Origin: Pecten maximus
Taxonomy: Eukaryota
Reading direction: 5' to 3'
Assembly (NCBI RefSeq): GCF_902652985.1
Contig: NC_047016.1
Span: forward strand, 52,204,001 to 52,268,000
DNA length: 64,000 nucleotides
Below, piece by piece: positions 27,247 through 40,240 of the stretch. The stretch's first letter is position 1. Every line of letters starts with the position of its first letter. The notes below the pieces were generated by a model that did not search any database, had not been told where the DNA came from, and worked only from the letters and a program-made list of their open reading frames with translations. Position numbers and translations under genes: made by a program.

Positions 27247-27568
27247 ATAATCTATCATGGGTCTGTTCCGTGGACATGGATATCTCAACCCGTGTGTAAG
27301 AGTTTGGCCAGTCAGCACGAGGCGTGTCGAGTGCTGGCCAGCCAAAGTCTTACTCGGGGGTTGAGATATCCTTGTGCGTGGAACAGACCCATGATTGATT
27401 ATTTTTCTCACATACTTGCAACCAAACGTAAGTTTTTATGATTTTTTTTTATCGCGATATCTTCAATGCTCCTTGGAATGTGCGTCAAAATTGATGATGT
27501 CATCATTTACGACTTGGTTATTCAACGTAAATGATAACGTTACGTTATTTTTTGAGCAGATTTTCTTT

Positions 27569-27570
<2 letters not shown>
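27247..27570 (-). mobile_element. Truncated palindromic Crypton-like element
   Basis: ~155-bp hairpin 27247-27402 with apex cgaggcgtgtcgag, followed by atttttctc as in the 24.7-kb element; the distal IR is missing. Confidence 0.6.
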
Positions 27571-27601
<31 letters not shown>

Positions 27602-27725
27602 AGTTAGTTGGGTAGTGAGGTGACAATCTGTGCCATACAGAAGTCAAATGTCAGTTTTGTTGGGTAGTGAGGTGAGAATGAATGTCATTCTGAAGTCAAA
27701 TGTCAGTAAGTTTGTTTGTGAGGTC
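27602..27725. repeat. ~51-bp minisatellite, short diverged copy downstream of FReD-1
   Basis: gtcagt..gtttggtagtgaggtg...gaagtcaaat units; paralogous to 40241 and 49361. Confidence 0.75.
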
Positions 27726-28248
27726 TCAATCATCGTCGTTCCAAAGACAATGGTTAATGAGTTTAACAATAAAGTGACCACCATTGCATTAAAATATGAT
27801 AATATCAAACGCATTTTACTAAAAGCTAACACATTTCCGTAGCCTACACAATCTTGACATCTTAACACACAAATCAATGGCGAATGCTTCCATACCAGTG
27901 AATGCATATGCCCCTAGATTTAACACAAAGTCCATGTATGTTGTAACATCGGAGACCTTTTCCCGCTTGCTTGTTTGCATGGTTAATAGCACTGTGAACA
28001 GACAGGGCTGTGGTGACGCAAAATATCCTTGTAGTGGCGTTTTGTCACCATTCTAATCCGCGTGGTGGTAATCATCAGCTTTTCCAAGGAGACTTCCTTA
28101 ATTATATCGTACGTCATATTATAATATGTTAGGCGGCCTAAGCACTTTCAAGACGTTATCAGTATTACAAGTTGACCACTATCCTGCCTATGTGTTGTGT
28201 TGATTATGATCTTAGCTCTATATCAAACGGCAAACAAATAATCACAAT

Positions 28249-31200
28249 CTATATTCTCAGAAGCATCATACGAGCTTTCTTCATCGGTACATGTTGTCTG
28301 TTTTTAAAGAAATATCTCCAAGCCATAGATTCATTGGTGTCTCCAGTGTCGATCATGTACCTTCCGTTAAGATTCGCCAATGAACACCTCCTGTACCACC
28401 ACGCACCATGTCGTCGAACGGCACAGTTGACGCCTTCAAAACCGTCATTATCCCGGTCCTTTGTTGCAAACAGTTCGCCGTTTTGCGGTCTCACCCCATC
28501 GGCTGTGAAAGAAAAGAACGAATATTTGCTTCTGTATATTTATTTTGAATGGTTATTACTAAATAAATTCAGACACAAACATACATTTATTATCGAAATA
28601 GTTTGTATGCTAAGTCCCAAAGTTAATAACCTCGCTTCCCTGCTAATCTACGGAGAGGCTAGCGGCAGAATATTGTTTGCGGAAGACTTCTGGGGGCAAG
28701 ACATGTCACGTGTGTACGACATATCTTTCATAAACCTTAAAATTAAAGGACTTTTTCCATGATTATCACGATTTTTCTGACAGATGACCTCTACACAGGC
28801 AATATTCCTTCACGTGGAATTCACGTAAAGAAATATTGCCTGTGTACTAAACCCTCTTCGCCGAAGTATATGCACCTAGTATTAGTCGCCATGACTTATA
28901 TTTGATACTTGAGAGTTAACCTGATATAAATCGTTTGATACTCTATTCTGTGTTATTCTTTCATATCAAATATAATGTATTGTTTTAGGTATCCTGTGTT
29001 GCGGGATATACTAAAACGTACTTATGTTGCCGGAGAAAGCCTTGACACGAAGTTGATAATTTTCTGCCTCACTACCGATCTTGAAGTCGGAATACTCGGC
29101 TATGCCAACAGAGCCATCCCAAGCTTCCAACTCAATTCGAAGTCTGTACGACGAAAAGTTGACTAGTGAATAAATTTTGTCATTTCCTGAAAAAATAAGA
29201 CTGAACAAATACAACTCTTATGCAAAGAAACGAATTAGTTAAAGCAATTCCAGACTATTTCACACATGTATTTCACAACACACAACAAATAGTCATTACC
29301 CATCTGTCGCCCTTAGCTGATGGGTATTTAAAAATGTGGAAAAAAGTGTTATTACCTAGCCAAAAATTTCCGGAAAGATCACCGAATCCGGTTTTGTATT
29401 CGGCCCAGTTTCGGAAGAAGTCGACAGCACTACTTTGCCGGTTGTGAATCACCTATAGACGTGAAGTGCAATATCAGATAAGATAAATGTTTCTTTAAAC
29501 ATTTAAACATAACATTTGAAGCAACAAGTTAGCATAGATAGCATTATCTCTACTGCCCTGCAGTTAGGGCGTTAGAATTGTCTTGTCTCTCACCTTAGAT
29601 GATCGCCAGAGGATATTATCTTTACTCTTTTTCTAAACAACTTTCCTTTTGCTAATGCCTTCCTTGATGCTGCCTCATATTTTGCCTTTAGTTTAGTGTT
29701 TGATCCAGTTAAGGTTTTTGATTCTGTCCCCTTGCCCAGACATAACATAGTCTATAGTAACGGTAGTTTCTACTCCTGCTTAGCGCTCTGCATTTTGGGA
29801 GTGGCAAATTACAAATGTACTTCCACGATCTCCCTTTCCCCCCGAACAAAACGAGACAAGATAAGTTCTAAACGACATCTTAAACTATAAAAATACAGCT
29901 TTTATGTTGGATTGCATAGCTGTAATTTTTAATAAAATGTGATGAAATAATATAATGTTGTCATTTCAGACTTACATTCCAATATCTCTGTTCGTTGTCC
30001 TTGTAACAGAATATGTCAAAGCTTTTTCCAGGAATTGGGGTAATTCTGTAGACGTTCGAACCGCATGTAGGGTCGACATCGGCACAGTCTCTCAGATCAG
30101 TTGCTTCTATATAAAGAACGAAACTCAACATTCTATAGCTTGTAAAATTAATTATATTTCAGAATATAAATTTTATTACATTATAGCTGGGGAATGTAAG
30201 AAATTATCAACTTGATAAAACTTATAATATCATCGTCAATAGTATCATTAATGATGACATAACTGTTTTTTGACCAATTAGATCTGCGCTTTCTACTAAC
30301 CGCATTGTAATCCGCCGATATTTCGGTTCATGAGGTAAAATATGAAAAGATTGTGCTGCATTTCATAATATATATTGCAGGTTTGATGATAATGACAACA
30401 TTAATACAAGCAATGTAAGAGCAGAAAACGATTATAGGCTACTGTACGGCTTAACATACAGTCTTTTTTTTCTACTTGTCATCTTTAAAAGTAAAATAAA
30501 TATTTTAGGAGATTGCTCATCCTGAATTTTTCAGTGAAAGTGGTCATAATATGTCTTTAAATGACAATGTTGTAGGATCGTATGGGCTAATAGGGAAAAA
30601 TGACAACTTTAATTCTGTTTAAATGATATTCATCCCCAGTGACACAAAAACAGAGAAAAAATTAAGGTTTGTCTTCGACACATATTGCAAAGTCAAGATA
30701 GATGAGAAATTTTGAAGGAGTTCGACAGGAGGCTGGGAGAAACTGAACCGGGTTTGGTGTGCCTGGTGATAGATATATATGTCAGTGTTCACTGAATTGA
30801 AAGAAAAATGGCGAAATCTAAAAATCGCTTGACGAGAAACACTTTACATGTAGAAGCTTCTTAGTGGTGGTTCAGCTAGACTTTGTGGCATTCAGGTACC
30901 ATCTTTTAGTGGTATCCTTTTACGGTTAAATAGATGACTGCTGAGAGCATATACAAATTTAAATGCTGTGCAATATACATAAATATTATACAAACGATAT
31001 TACTCAGCGTGTAAAGATTCCCGGACACATTGAACATGTTCGATCGGTCGTGGAAAGTAAAGACGCCGGATATTTCATCGTATGACACAGTTTCTCGTTG
31101 TCTGGTCAACCCATACGCTAGACACGCCGATAACGAGACAGCTGAGGTCTGGTTCCCTCCAGTTTCCGGAAGTAAACACATGTCAACTGTAGCTACTCGG

Positions 31201-34200
31201 ACCCAATACTGTTGTTTTGTTGACGCTGCTCCTCCAATCACTGTAATCTCGAAGGATATGAATTATTACTAAGTTATATAAGTGCTACATGTACACATTC
31301 AAAAATTATCTTTAACTTGTGTTTACATTTCAAAGCTGGTTCGACATTCAAGAGCCTGTTCTCTATATCGCTATTTCTGTGATACAAATGTATTATAAGG
31401 TTTTAACAGATGCACGTCGAAAAAAATATTTTTTTTATCCACATTGTTATACCATTTTTCTTTTTAATATTTGACATGCTATAATTTATCAACATGCCTG
31501 AGGAGTCTCTTGCCACTATCGTGGTTCTCATTTCCAGGACATGACATAGCCGTGTTGTCAATAAAGCTTCGAACGCTTTACCTTTCGGAACGCCTTGACT
31601 TATTCAACTCTGAACGTTCCAATCTAAATTTTGTTCAGACAATCATTCGTTTAAATGACGATATTTGTAAAATGAAAATTCTTCAAGAATCTCTAGTTGC
31701 ATTCCATGAGATGTGTCTCTAGATTCGATGATGTCATCAATGCATATTGTCGTTGTTTACATAGCATATAGGTCAACATTAAAAACCAAGCCGTATCAAG
31801 CCTACAATGTTGACAAACATCAATAACTTTGATGCATTAACAAGCCTGTCTTAATAAGTCATCTGTCTCATTTGCCTGTCGAATTAAATATTCGAATCAG
31901 TTAAATATTATGTCTCGTCTGAAAGCTTTGAATAGAACAGGAAAATAGTTCAAATATAATATCGAGATATTACAAGATAAGTATAGATTAATCCTCATCG
32001 CCATACATCTCCATACCATCTCCATATCATCCCATCTCCATACCATCTCCATACCATCCCATCTCCATACCATCTACATACCATCTCCATATTATAAGCC
32101 TAAACGCTTGCTGTTTATGAATAAAGGTATACTAATGTATTTTTACAGACAGAATATAAATCCGATATCAAAATTAAAACGTAGATGAACTATGAGCCCA
32201 GACACCAAAGCGACAAAGATAAACAAAGCCAAGAAAGATCAGACATGGAAGGAAGAAAAGACAAGAAATAAATCGCAATCATTGCAAAGAGAGCAGCAGA
32301 TCATCTCTGGGGTGATCAGAGTTTTCGTCAAAGATAATTCCATTGATTCAATGGATGTTTCCATTCACGGATACAAGATATACCTCTGAGATAGAAACCA
32401 TTAATGCTTACATTCCAGAATCTATTTCTCTTTATATACATACTTTGGTGTCTATGATATTTATAGTTTAGTTTATTCACTTTGGTTTGTACATATGTGG
32501 TTCCTATTTGTTGAAACGAAAAACATATATATATAATAGAACGTAGGTTTGAATATAGTTTTCCATCTCGCTTATCACACATTCCGTGGGAACAAAACAG
32601 AGGTACCCAATGGGAACGTATTGGTAATAATGAAACTTTGACGAATCATCAATTTGCTGAGGACTTAATTATTGATTTTTTACGTATTTTCTTTTTACAA
32701 ATTCAGAAACACGTTCGTTTCCCACTGACTGGAATAAGGTATAAATGTGTTGACATATGGTAATCTAACTGGAATAGGACACGAACGCTCCAAGAATTTA
32801 TATTGTTTAGAAACATTTGACTAGTTATAAACGGAAGCTTCTTATGTGATAATACTGTCTGAAAACCAATTTTGTTTTGACTTCATCCACAGAATATATA
32901 AAGGTAATTTTCAATGATGTCATATAGTTCAGATGTCTTTTAATATGTTATGTCTGAAGAGCTGTTATTACGACGCCGCTAAGGAACAAATATTGTATAT
33001 ATATTTGAGGAAAACCAACGATGAAACAAACGTTCTATCGATGGGGGAACAACGAAACAGACAGACATCATCACCAGCCGCCAGCGCGACTCGAACCCAC
33101 GTTCTTCGGGAGAGTGATCTGAAGCTAGCGCATTAGCGATCACGGCTGCCGGGGCACCCGTCACAGTATTGGTATGGACCTCCCGAACTCTTGTTATACT
33201 CCACTTTTTACGGAAGCCAGTTAGGGTCACAGCGAAAAAATATATTATGTCGTAATAACGACTTAGTATCTCGTAATAACGACTTAGCTATGTCGTTATA
33301 ACGACTTAGTATCTCGTAATAACGACTTAGCTATGTCGTAATAACGACTTAGTATCTCGTAATAACGACTTAGCTATGTCGTTATTACGAGATACTAAGT
33401 CGTTATTACGACATAGCTAAGTCGTTATTACGACATAATATATTTTTTCGCTGTGACCCTAACTGGCTTCCGTAACTTTTGAACTAGAAGGGTGAAGTAC
33501 AATAATTATGTCATCAAGGCACATTTGATGCAATTACGACAGAAAAACACATAAATTATGCACAACAGCCAGATCGCTTTTAAGATAGGTGTTGTCCCAG
33601 TCACCCGATCTCTGGCCTATTCCGCTGTGATGAAATATCATATGCTGTCATATATATTTTATGTACTTTTCCAAAGATAGCATAATGTTATGGTTATCCT
33701 CGATGTGCTGTATATATTTAATGTGTTGTCAAGTGTCGTCGTGTGAATTTTTAATGTGTGTTGAAGTATATTCTATCTGTGTCTTCTCGAAAAATCAATA
33801 ATGGACCTTAGTAAGCTGTTCTTAGCTTCCATCCAGAAACGAACAAAAGAACAGAGTTATCGACATACTACATAAATGTTACTCAATATCGATTATATTA
33901 TGGTAAATACGATCAAGAGAATAAAACTGCATGATACCTTTGAACAAAGTACAAGTAGAATAAGACCAGGCGTTCTGCTTCATCCACAACACTAGTAATA
34001 CAAATATGGCTCAAATTCGAGCAAGGCATTTCCTTTACAAGTATATATAAACAAGAATCAAACGCGCCTACCGTCATATCTCACAAAACATATTTTTGTC
34101 AAAACCTTGTCGTGATGTCGACCATAACACTCTCAGATTGTCTTAATTAATATGTATCTGTAGTGTTGTTAATTTTTCCTTCAATAGTCGATATTTATTA

Positions 34201-34918
34201 CATTAATCATAATTATGTAAACAAGCTATTCAAATCATCTTGGTCATATTAGCGTAATCTGGAATGTTGCTGTTAAGAAATGGAAATAAGAAATCGGCAC
34301 AATAAAATCAATACGTTCATTCATTCATATAGATTATTTGTAAACTGTCCCTGGTTGTCATGTTGTAAGTAAATATCAAGGCAAACGGATGATGAATAGT
34401 ATTTGAGTAACCGGATCCTACTCTTTCACTTAGTCACACATAGTGCCAACGCATTCACCTTTTACAAAAGCGACCAAGGTTCGACTTCTGATTGCACATT
34501 GAAAGGTACATATGTTGGATAGCACAACACAAAAAAACACGTCGTCCACAAATCGTGCGTACATTATGCGTTCAATTCAGGGATGCGCCGTGCGGTTTCC
34601 TAAAATTGAATTATCAATTTTGCTTAATGACAAAACTATAGAATATGTCGTCAACTGACATACATACATCTGTATATACTATATACACAATTAAAATTGT
34701 TAAGTCCGTGTTAACTAACATACGAAATTTTAATTACCTGCATAGACCTATGCAAATAAATAATACATATTTTCACGAATATATGTTTTCTTAACGTAAA
34801 TATTCAACGTTTAAGAGAACAAAGAAATGCAATGGTTTTGTAAGGTCAACGCAAACCAATCATAGTCAGTTTCTTACTTACCACAGGTAAAAAGGGGTAA
34901 TAATAGAGGCAAACACAT
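28249..34918 (-). CDS. Secreted fibrinogen-related domain protein FReD-1 (signal peptide + degenerate PAN/apple-like + FReD)
   Basis: Exons 34918-34882 (MCLPLLLPLFTC, tentative), 31240-31004 (donor tentative), 30106-29976, 29452-29356, 29186-29022 and 28502-28249. Motifs RDC..V, DFFRNWAEYKTGFG..GNFWLGN, LRIELEAWDG, FATKDRDND, NCA...GAWWY..CS.ANLNG and KARMML. Confidence 0.85.
28792..28846. repeat. 55-bp near-perfect inverted repeat in FReD-1 intron 5
   Basis: Arms tacacaggcaatattccttcacgtg / cacgtaaagaaatattgcctgtgta with 2 mismatches. Confidence 0.85.
29552..29810 (+). mobile_element. SINE remnant (Meta-domain-like)
   Basis: tRNA-like start followed by ctcctgcttagcgctctgcattttgggagtgg, shared with the copies at 43255 and 52463. 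Confidence 0.55.
32001..32092. repeat. (CCATA/CCATCT)n microsatellite, paralog at 45351-45452
   Basis: Direct inspection. Confidence 0.85.
33080..33160 (-). mobile_element. tRNA-derived SINE head (paralog ~46465-46545)
   Basis: Reverse strand carries A-box-like gcagccgtgatcgctaatgcg and B-box gggttcgagtc. Confidence 0.5.
33209..33474. mobile_element. 266-bp IS3EU-like foldback MITE with 6-bp TSD
   Basis: Perfect TIRs tacggaagccagttagggtcacagcgaaaaaatatattatgtcg..., internal 21/22-bp repeats, TSD actttt (33203-33208 and 33475-33480), empty site ccacttttgaact at ~46588. TAYGG termini with 6-bp TSD are the IS3EU signature. Confidence 0.88.
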
Positions 34919-35461
34919 TTTAGATAGTCTATAATCTTAACAATATTATCACTTTCTGTATTCTATGGCGGAACGAACGGAGTCAATGTTTGATCATCAG
35001 TTATTTGTTTATCAACACAACATGGAATGGTGTATATTTTTCATGGTTTCTTTCGTCTAGTATATTCGCAATTGAACATTATACATGTATATTCATAGGA
35101 ATACTCGGTAAGGCTTCTGTATGTTAAAGTCGACAGTTCACGCCGCGATGGCGAGTGATCATAAGTCACAGATCACAGGCCGATGTTATCCGATTGAAAA
35201 AATGGAAACGTTAAATTTTATTTTCTAAAATAGAATAAAAGATCGATAAGCTGACATATATAAATATGTGTAGAATCCGAACGTTTCTACATTGTATCAC
35301 CCACGCCAGCTATCGCAAACACTTCGTTTCGTTTGCCCATCGTGCGCACATTCGCCTTATTCTATCGTGCATATAGAGTGCAGACTTCGTGCAGACATCG
35401 TGCGCATATCGTTCATCGTGTAACATTTTGCGATCGCACAAGCATATTGGGTTTATCTGGA

Positions 35462-35668
35462 GGGGCCGCGGTGGCCGAGTTGTTAAGGTGTCCCGACACT
35501 TTAACACTAGCCCTCCACCACTGGGTTGCGAGTTCGAAACCAACGTGGAGTAGTTGCCAGGTGGTTTTTATCCGGGTACTCCGGCTTTCCTCCACCTCCA
35601 AAACCTGGCACGTCCTTAAATGACCCTGACTGTTAATAGGACGTTAAACAAAAACAAACCAAACCAAA
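35462..35668 (+). mobile_element. Near full-length tRNA-derived V-domain-like SINE
   Basis: A box ggtggccgagttg, B box gagttcgaaacc, V-like core ccgggtactccggctttcctcc, 3' end ttaaatgaccctg.ctgttaataggacgttaaac and (aaacc)n tail. Confidence 0.8.
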
Positions 35669-35732
35669 TATAATTTCAACCGGTTAACGGTAGGAATTAG
35701 GATGTAATTATTTTCTCTTCGGTATGAGGTAC

Positions 35733-36145
35733 GCCAATAGGTGGCGTTACTGGTATTTGCACGTGCAAATCGGGTAAGGTATAGCCTATACGTGTCATTC
35801 AGGCGACACAGGTATACCAGATCACACGTAAATTTTAAACTTTTAAGGGTAATTTTCATATGTTGTATTATAATACAGTATAGGTTAGGTTAGGGTAGGA
35901 GTTGTGTGTGTGAAATATGTTATTTCGTAATACATGTATTGTTATTTGACAATAAAGTAGTCAGTGCCTATGTCGCTGGGAAATACACTTCATCAGTTAG
36001 TCAGTGCCTATGTCGCTGGGAAATACCAACACTCATCAGTTAGTCAGTGCCTATGTTGCTGGGAAATACCAACACTCATCAGTTAGTCAGTGCCTATGTC
36101 GCTGGGAAATACAACTTTTGTGTTTGTGTTCTTTATCCTATTGGA
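35733..36145. mobile_element. Non-autonomous element with internal 40-43 bp tandem repeats and a (ggtta)n tract
   Basis: Terminal IR ccaatagg/cctattgg; four copies of agtcagtgcctatgtcgctgggaaatac (35958-36113); taggttaggttagggtagg; palindrome atttgcacgtgcaaat. Confidence 0.5.
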
Positions 36146-36211
36146 TAGTTTAGAAGAGAAATGGGTTTATCTGCTCCATTACACGGGCAAATATACAGAT
36201 CCATGTATTAA

Positions 36212-36830
36212 TAGTGCTGCAGACAGGAGGCGATTTTTTTGATAAGCCTTACCCAACGTGGACCAAAGTACAACCTACTTTTTATTGTCTGGTAAGGGAC
36301 CAGAAAAAGGTGGTTATACTAAAATAGAATAATAAAACAAAAATATTGAATAGTTTAAAGTTAAAGTTAAAAAGATACAAGCAAAACGAAGAAAATATGA
36401 TGAAGAACACAGTATCATGTTTTTTAAACACTCAATCAATTCAAAAAATGCGTTGCAATGCAGTGATTTAGATTTGGTTTGTATCTCCCTTCGCTTTTAA
36501 GCAGCTATGTTGCGATCCGAAATACGGTGGGAATAACAGAAACGGTGATACTGTGCATCGTAGGCAAACAAATTGAGGTACGAAAGCATTCTAAGATGAA
36601 CAGCGTCATCCTGCCATTCTTCTTTCTTCTTAAATTTCCCACATATGAAACAATCACGGTGAATCTCAAAGAGTGCAATGTTGGTCCCGCTGAGCCTGGT
36701 ATGGGTCCTTGCTGTTCGTTCAGTTCGTTCCACCGGAAAAGGTTATACAATGTACTGTATTTCATTTGCTGGTATATCTGGCACGACATGCTTTGTGAAA
36801 AGAAACGTTCATCTTGAAACTTAAAATGTT
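36212..36830 (-). mobile_element. Academ-like DNA transposon fragment
   Basis: Possible TAG-starting terminus at 36212; degenerate reading frames with FHKACRARY, CFICG and LFAYDAQYHRFCY, resembling the N-terminal C/H motifs of Academ-type transposases. Confidence 0.5.
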
Positions 36831-37029
36831 TTCCAGCGGATGCAATTGACTATACTTAACCATGTCTTAATTATGCAGCTTTTTTTATTGCTTATACTAT
36901 AAATCCTCTTTAGATGGATTTTTAAAATTGGCTCCTTCAAATCAATTCAAAACCAATTCAATTGCAGTAAGACAATATGTTAGGAATTGGCGCGCCACTG
37001 ATCTACGACAAAAACGTGACTATGAATGT

Positions 37030-37215
37030 GGTCTGGTGGCATAGTGGTTCGATTCCCCGATAGGACGTAAAAAGGTATGAGATCACCTTCCCGAATATGT
37101 TAGGTTTTCTTGGAACTCTGGTTTTCTATCGCAGTAAGACCCCTCGTGCGCTTTCATTAAGGCCAACAAGCGTGATGAATGTAAGCTGATAAAACTTGTT
37201 TCACAATTGCTGTAA
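37030..37215 (+). mobile_element. V-like SINE (second family); paralog at 56215-56440
   Basis: ggcatagtggt...tcgattcccc head, ggttttcttggaactctggtttt core and cagtaagacccctcg shared by both copies. Confidence 0.6.
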
Positions 37216-39185
37216 AATACTTAAAATCTACATTTACATAATCTACGTCACTGGAGGACACAAGTTTCGGGTCTTGCCAAAATTCAAATCTATTCTTTTT
37301 CTACTTTTGTTTATCCGATTTAACATCCCAAAACGCCAATGCGACAATACAATCCTATATTTTAAGATTACCGCATAAATCCTCCATTAATCTAAGTCCA
37401 CATTGTCTAACTTTTCTCAAATCCTAAAAAAAAATTCCATCTATTGTCTACATACCATGCACTGTATTTCGCTTAGCGGGGATTCGGTTTTAGTTTTTGT
37501 TGGGGGGTGTTTTTTTTGTTAATATGTGACAATTGTGAATATTAAAAAAATCCAGCATTTATACACCTGAAATAGAGATTGAACAGATTTTAGAATGTGT
37601 ACAAGGACTGATTAGTGTTATTCACGAATGTCACCCAGTAACTATTAGCAATGCATAATAAAGCTGTATTGATCGCGAAATTATATCTATATATATATTG
37701 TTTTTTGTTTGTTTTTTGTTTGTAAACGAGAATCTAATCTTGAAAATTCCATCTGCAAGTGTATTAATTTTCAAATAAACAAAATCAGAACTTTATGATT
37801 TGTTGCATTGACGACATCAGTAGTTACATCTACAAAGTGACGCATTTACATGACGCCATACCCTGTCCACTTAAACTGCAATCAGATGGCGGGAATGTTA
37901 AATTGATTGACGTCAATATAAGGGTTAATTGTCAGCTTTGTTGCTGGCATGGTCTGATGAATGGAAGTGAATCTCGTGCACATGGTATGTGAACTATTTC
38001 ACAGTTCATTCAATTTACTAGCATACACCAACCTTTCCAGTGTGAATTAATAGTTAACTAAAAATAATAAAGACCCCAGCTGCCTTCACTTTCATCTATC
38101 TTCACCTTAAAATATCCTATATCTGTGATGAGTGCTTTAAAATGAAGAATATTTTAGAAAGCATTTGAAATGCTAATTTGTGTTATAGTAATTTCTGATT
38201 TAGGAAAATCAATCATCATGAAACTGAAAGAAAAAATGCTTTTACAACAGAGAGGACAATCAGAGGGATTCCGAGTGATGCTTCTAGAAGCAGACTAAAC
38301 AAAATTCTAACACGATTCGTTTCCAACGCGTGGTTTGATTGGATACGGACCATGTTCTAGTCTGTGATAGAACCATGATCAATAATGTTAAGCCCCGCCC
38401 ATCACGATTAAGCCACGCCCCGTTTCTAATCGAAACAATATGGCGTCAAGTCGCCTCTTAGCGAAATTATAAACTCCGCAGCATTTAGGATTAATTTTAA
38501 AATACGCTCAGCAATACGATAAAAACAGTTTCCAGTGCCGCATCCTTAAATTGCACCTACACCAACCATTGTGTTAGGGCTACATCAATAACTGTTTTGT
38601 CGCACGCGGGAGTTGAGTAAAGGGCTTTTATGAGAATTCCAGGTCACCGTAATGAGTCGTCACTGAAGCATTATAATGCTGACAGTTCGGAGTCGCAAAA
38701 AAGGTAATACTCTGACATTTTCCAAGCTAGAGCTTGTGTTACTCAGAAACTATAATGCCCGATGCAATGTCCTGAACAATCCAACAACCCCCTTCACAAT
38801 CAGCTGGTTCGTCAGACTCAACAATAAAATAAACGACCTTGCCCTCAGCCGTCTGACGACACTTAACAAATCCAACTTATCTTTCATCAGAACTCTCAAA
38901 CCGCACAGGACAATTTGCAATTCATAATTCAACTGTCAATATATATTATTATTATTATAGCTGAAATAGGGAAGAGCACATAGAGCGACGGTAATACAAG
39001 GTTTGTTTCGTTAATAATTAGTGAGGCATATTGCCACGTTGTACATTGAAGGCATAACTGTTAACATAACATACGCCTATTATATACCAGACATTTCCTT
39101 AAAAAAAATTGTGTGGTTTACTTATTCATTCCTATTTACACTTTTGTCACTGGATATCATTTCCCGATTTCATAAACGTTCATTT

Positions 39186-39875
39186 CCATGGGTAACGGGA
39201 CTGTTATTCCCTTGGATAACGGGATTCTTACTCCTGGGGATAACGGGATTCTTACTCCTGGGGATAACGGGATTCTTACTCCTGGGGATAACGGGATACT
39301 TACTCCTGGGGATAACGGGATTCTTACTCCTGGGGATAACGGGATTCTCATTCCTGGGGATAACGGGATTCTTACTCCTGTGGTAACGGGATTCTTACTC
39401 CTGGGGATAACGGGATACTTATTCCCTTGGGTAACGGGATTATTATTCCTGGGGATAACGGGATTCTCATTCCTGGGGATAACGGGATTCTTATTCCCTT
39501 GGGTAACGGGATTCTTATTCCTGTGGTAATGGGATTCTTATTCCAATGGATTATGGGAGTGGCCACGGTGGCCCAGCGGCTAAGGTGTCCCGACACTTTA
39601 TCTGTAGCCCTCCACCTCTGGGTTGCGAGTTCGAAACCTACGTGGGGCAGTTGCCAGGTAATGACCGTAAGCCGTTGGTTTTTCTTCGAGTTAATCCGGC
39701 TTTCCTCTACCTCAAAAACCTCGCAGGTCCTTAAATGACCCTGGCTGTTAATAGGACGTTAAACAAAACATCCCAAACAAATGGTCGCGGGATTCTTATT
39801 CCTATGGGTAACGGGATTCTTATTCCTATGGGTAACGGGATTCCTATGGCTATGGGTAACGGGATTCTTATTTCC
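39186..39875. repeat. 24-bp VNTR interrupted by a V-SINE (39556-39780)
   Basis: Unit (c)ctggggataacgggattcttact / catgggtaacgggattcttattcc; SINE is the same family as 35462. Confidence 0.9.
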
Positions 39876-40240
39876 ATTGTTTACGTATTCTACTGCAAGG
39901 GGACCCCGCCTCTAAATGACCATGGCTGATCACAGGGCGATAAACCTATCAAACAAACAAAACCTAGCGACACGCTCCCCATAAGACGCTTTTCCTTCCG
40001 AAACACAAGGTTTTAACATCGTACTTTTAAGGTTCAATCTCCCGTGGTAATCTTACATGCCGACACTATTTCACTTTCTTTCGAGAGTTAGGGTTATTAT
40101 TTCAATTTGTTGGACGTCTGTATTATACAAATAATTATATACGGTGTTCGTGAAAAAATCCATAATATTTGACACGAGGTAATATTAATCGACCTATTTT
40201 CTATTGCACAAGGCCGACGGTATATTTTTTTTATAAGGCA

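Noticed and set aside
28172-28762. 196-aa plus-strand ORF (also 40871-41266 and 50041-50526)
   Set aside because: Antisense shadows of the FReD terminal exons.
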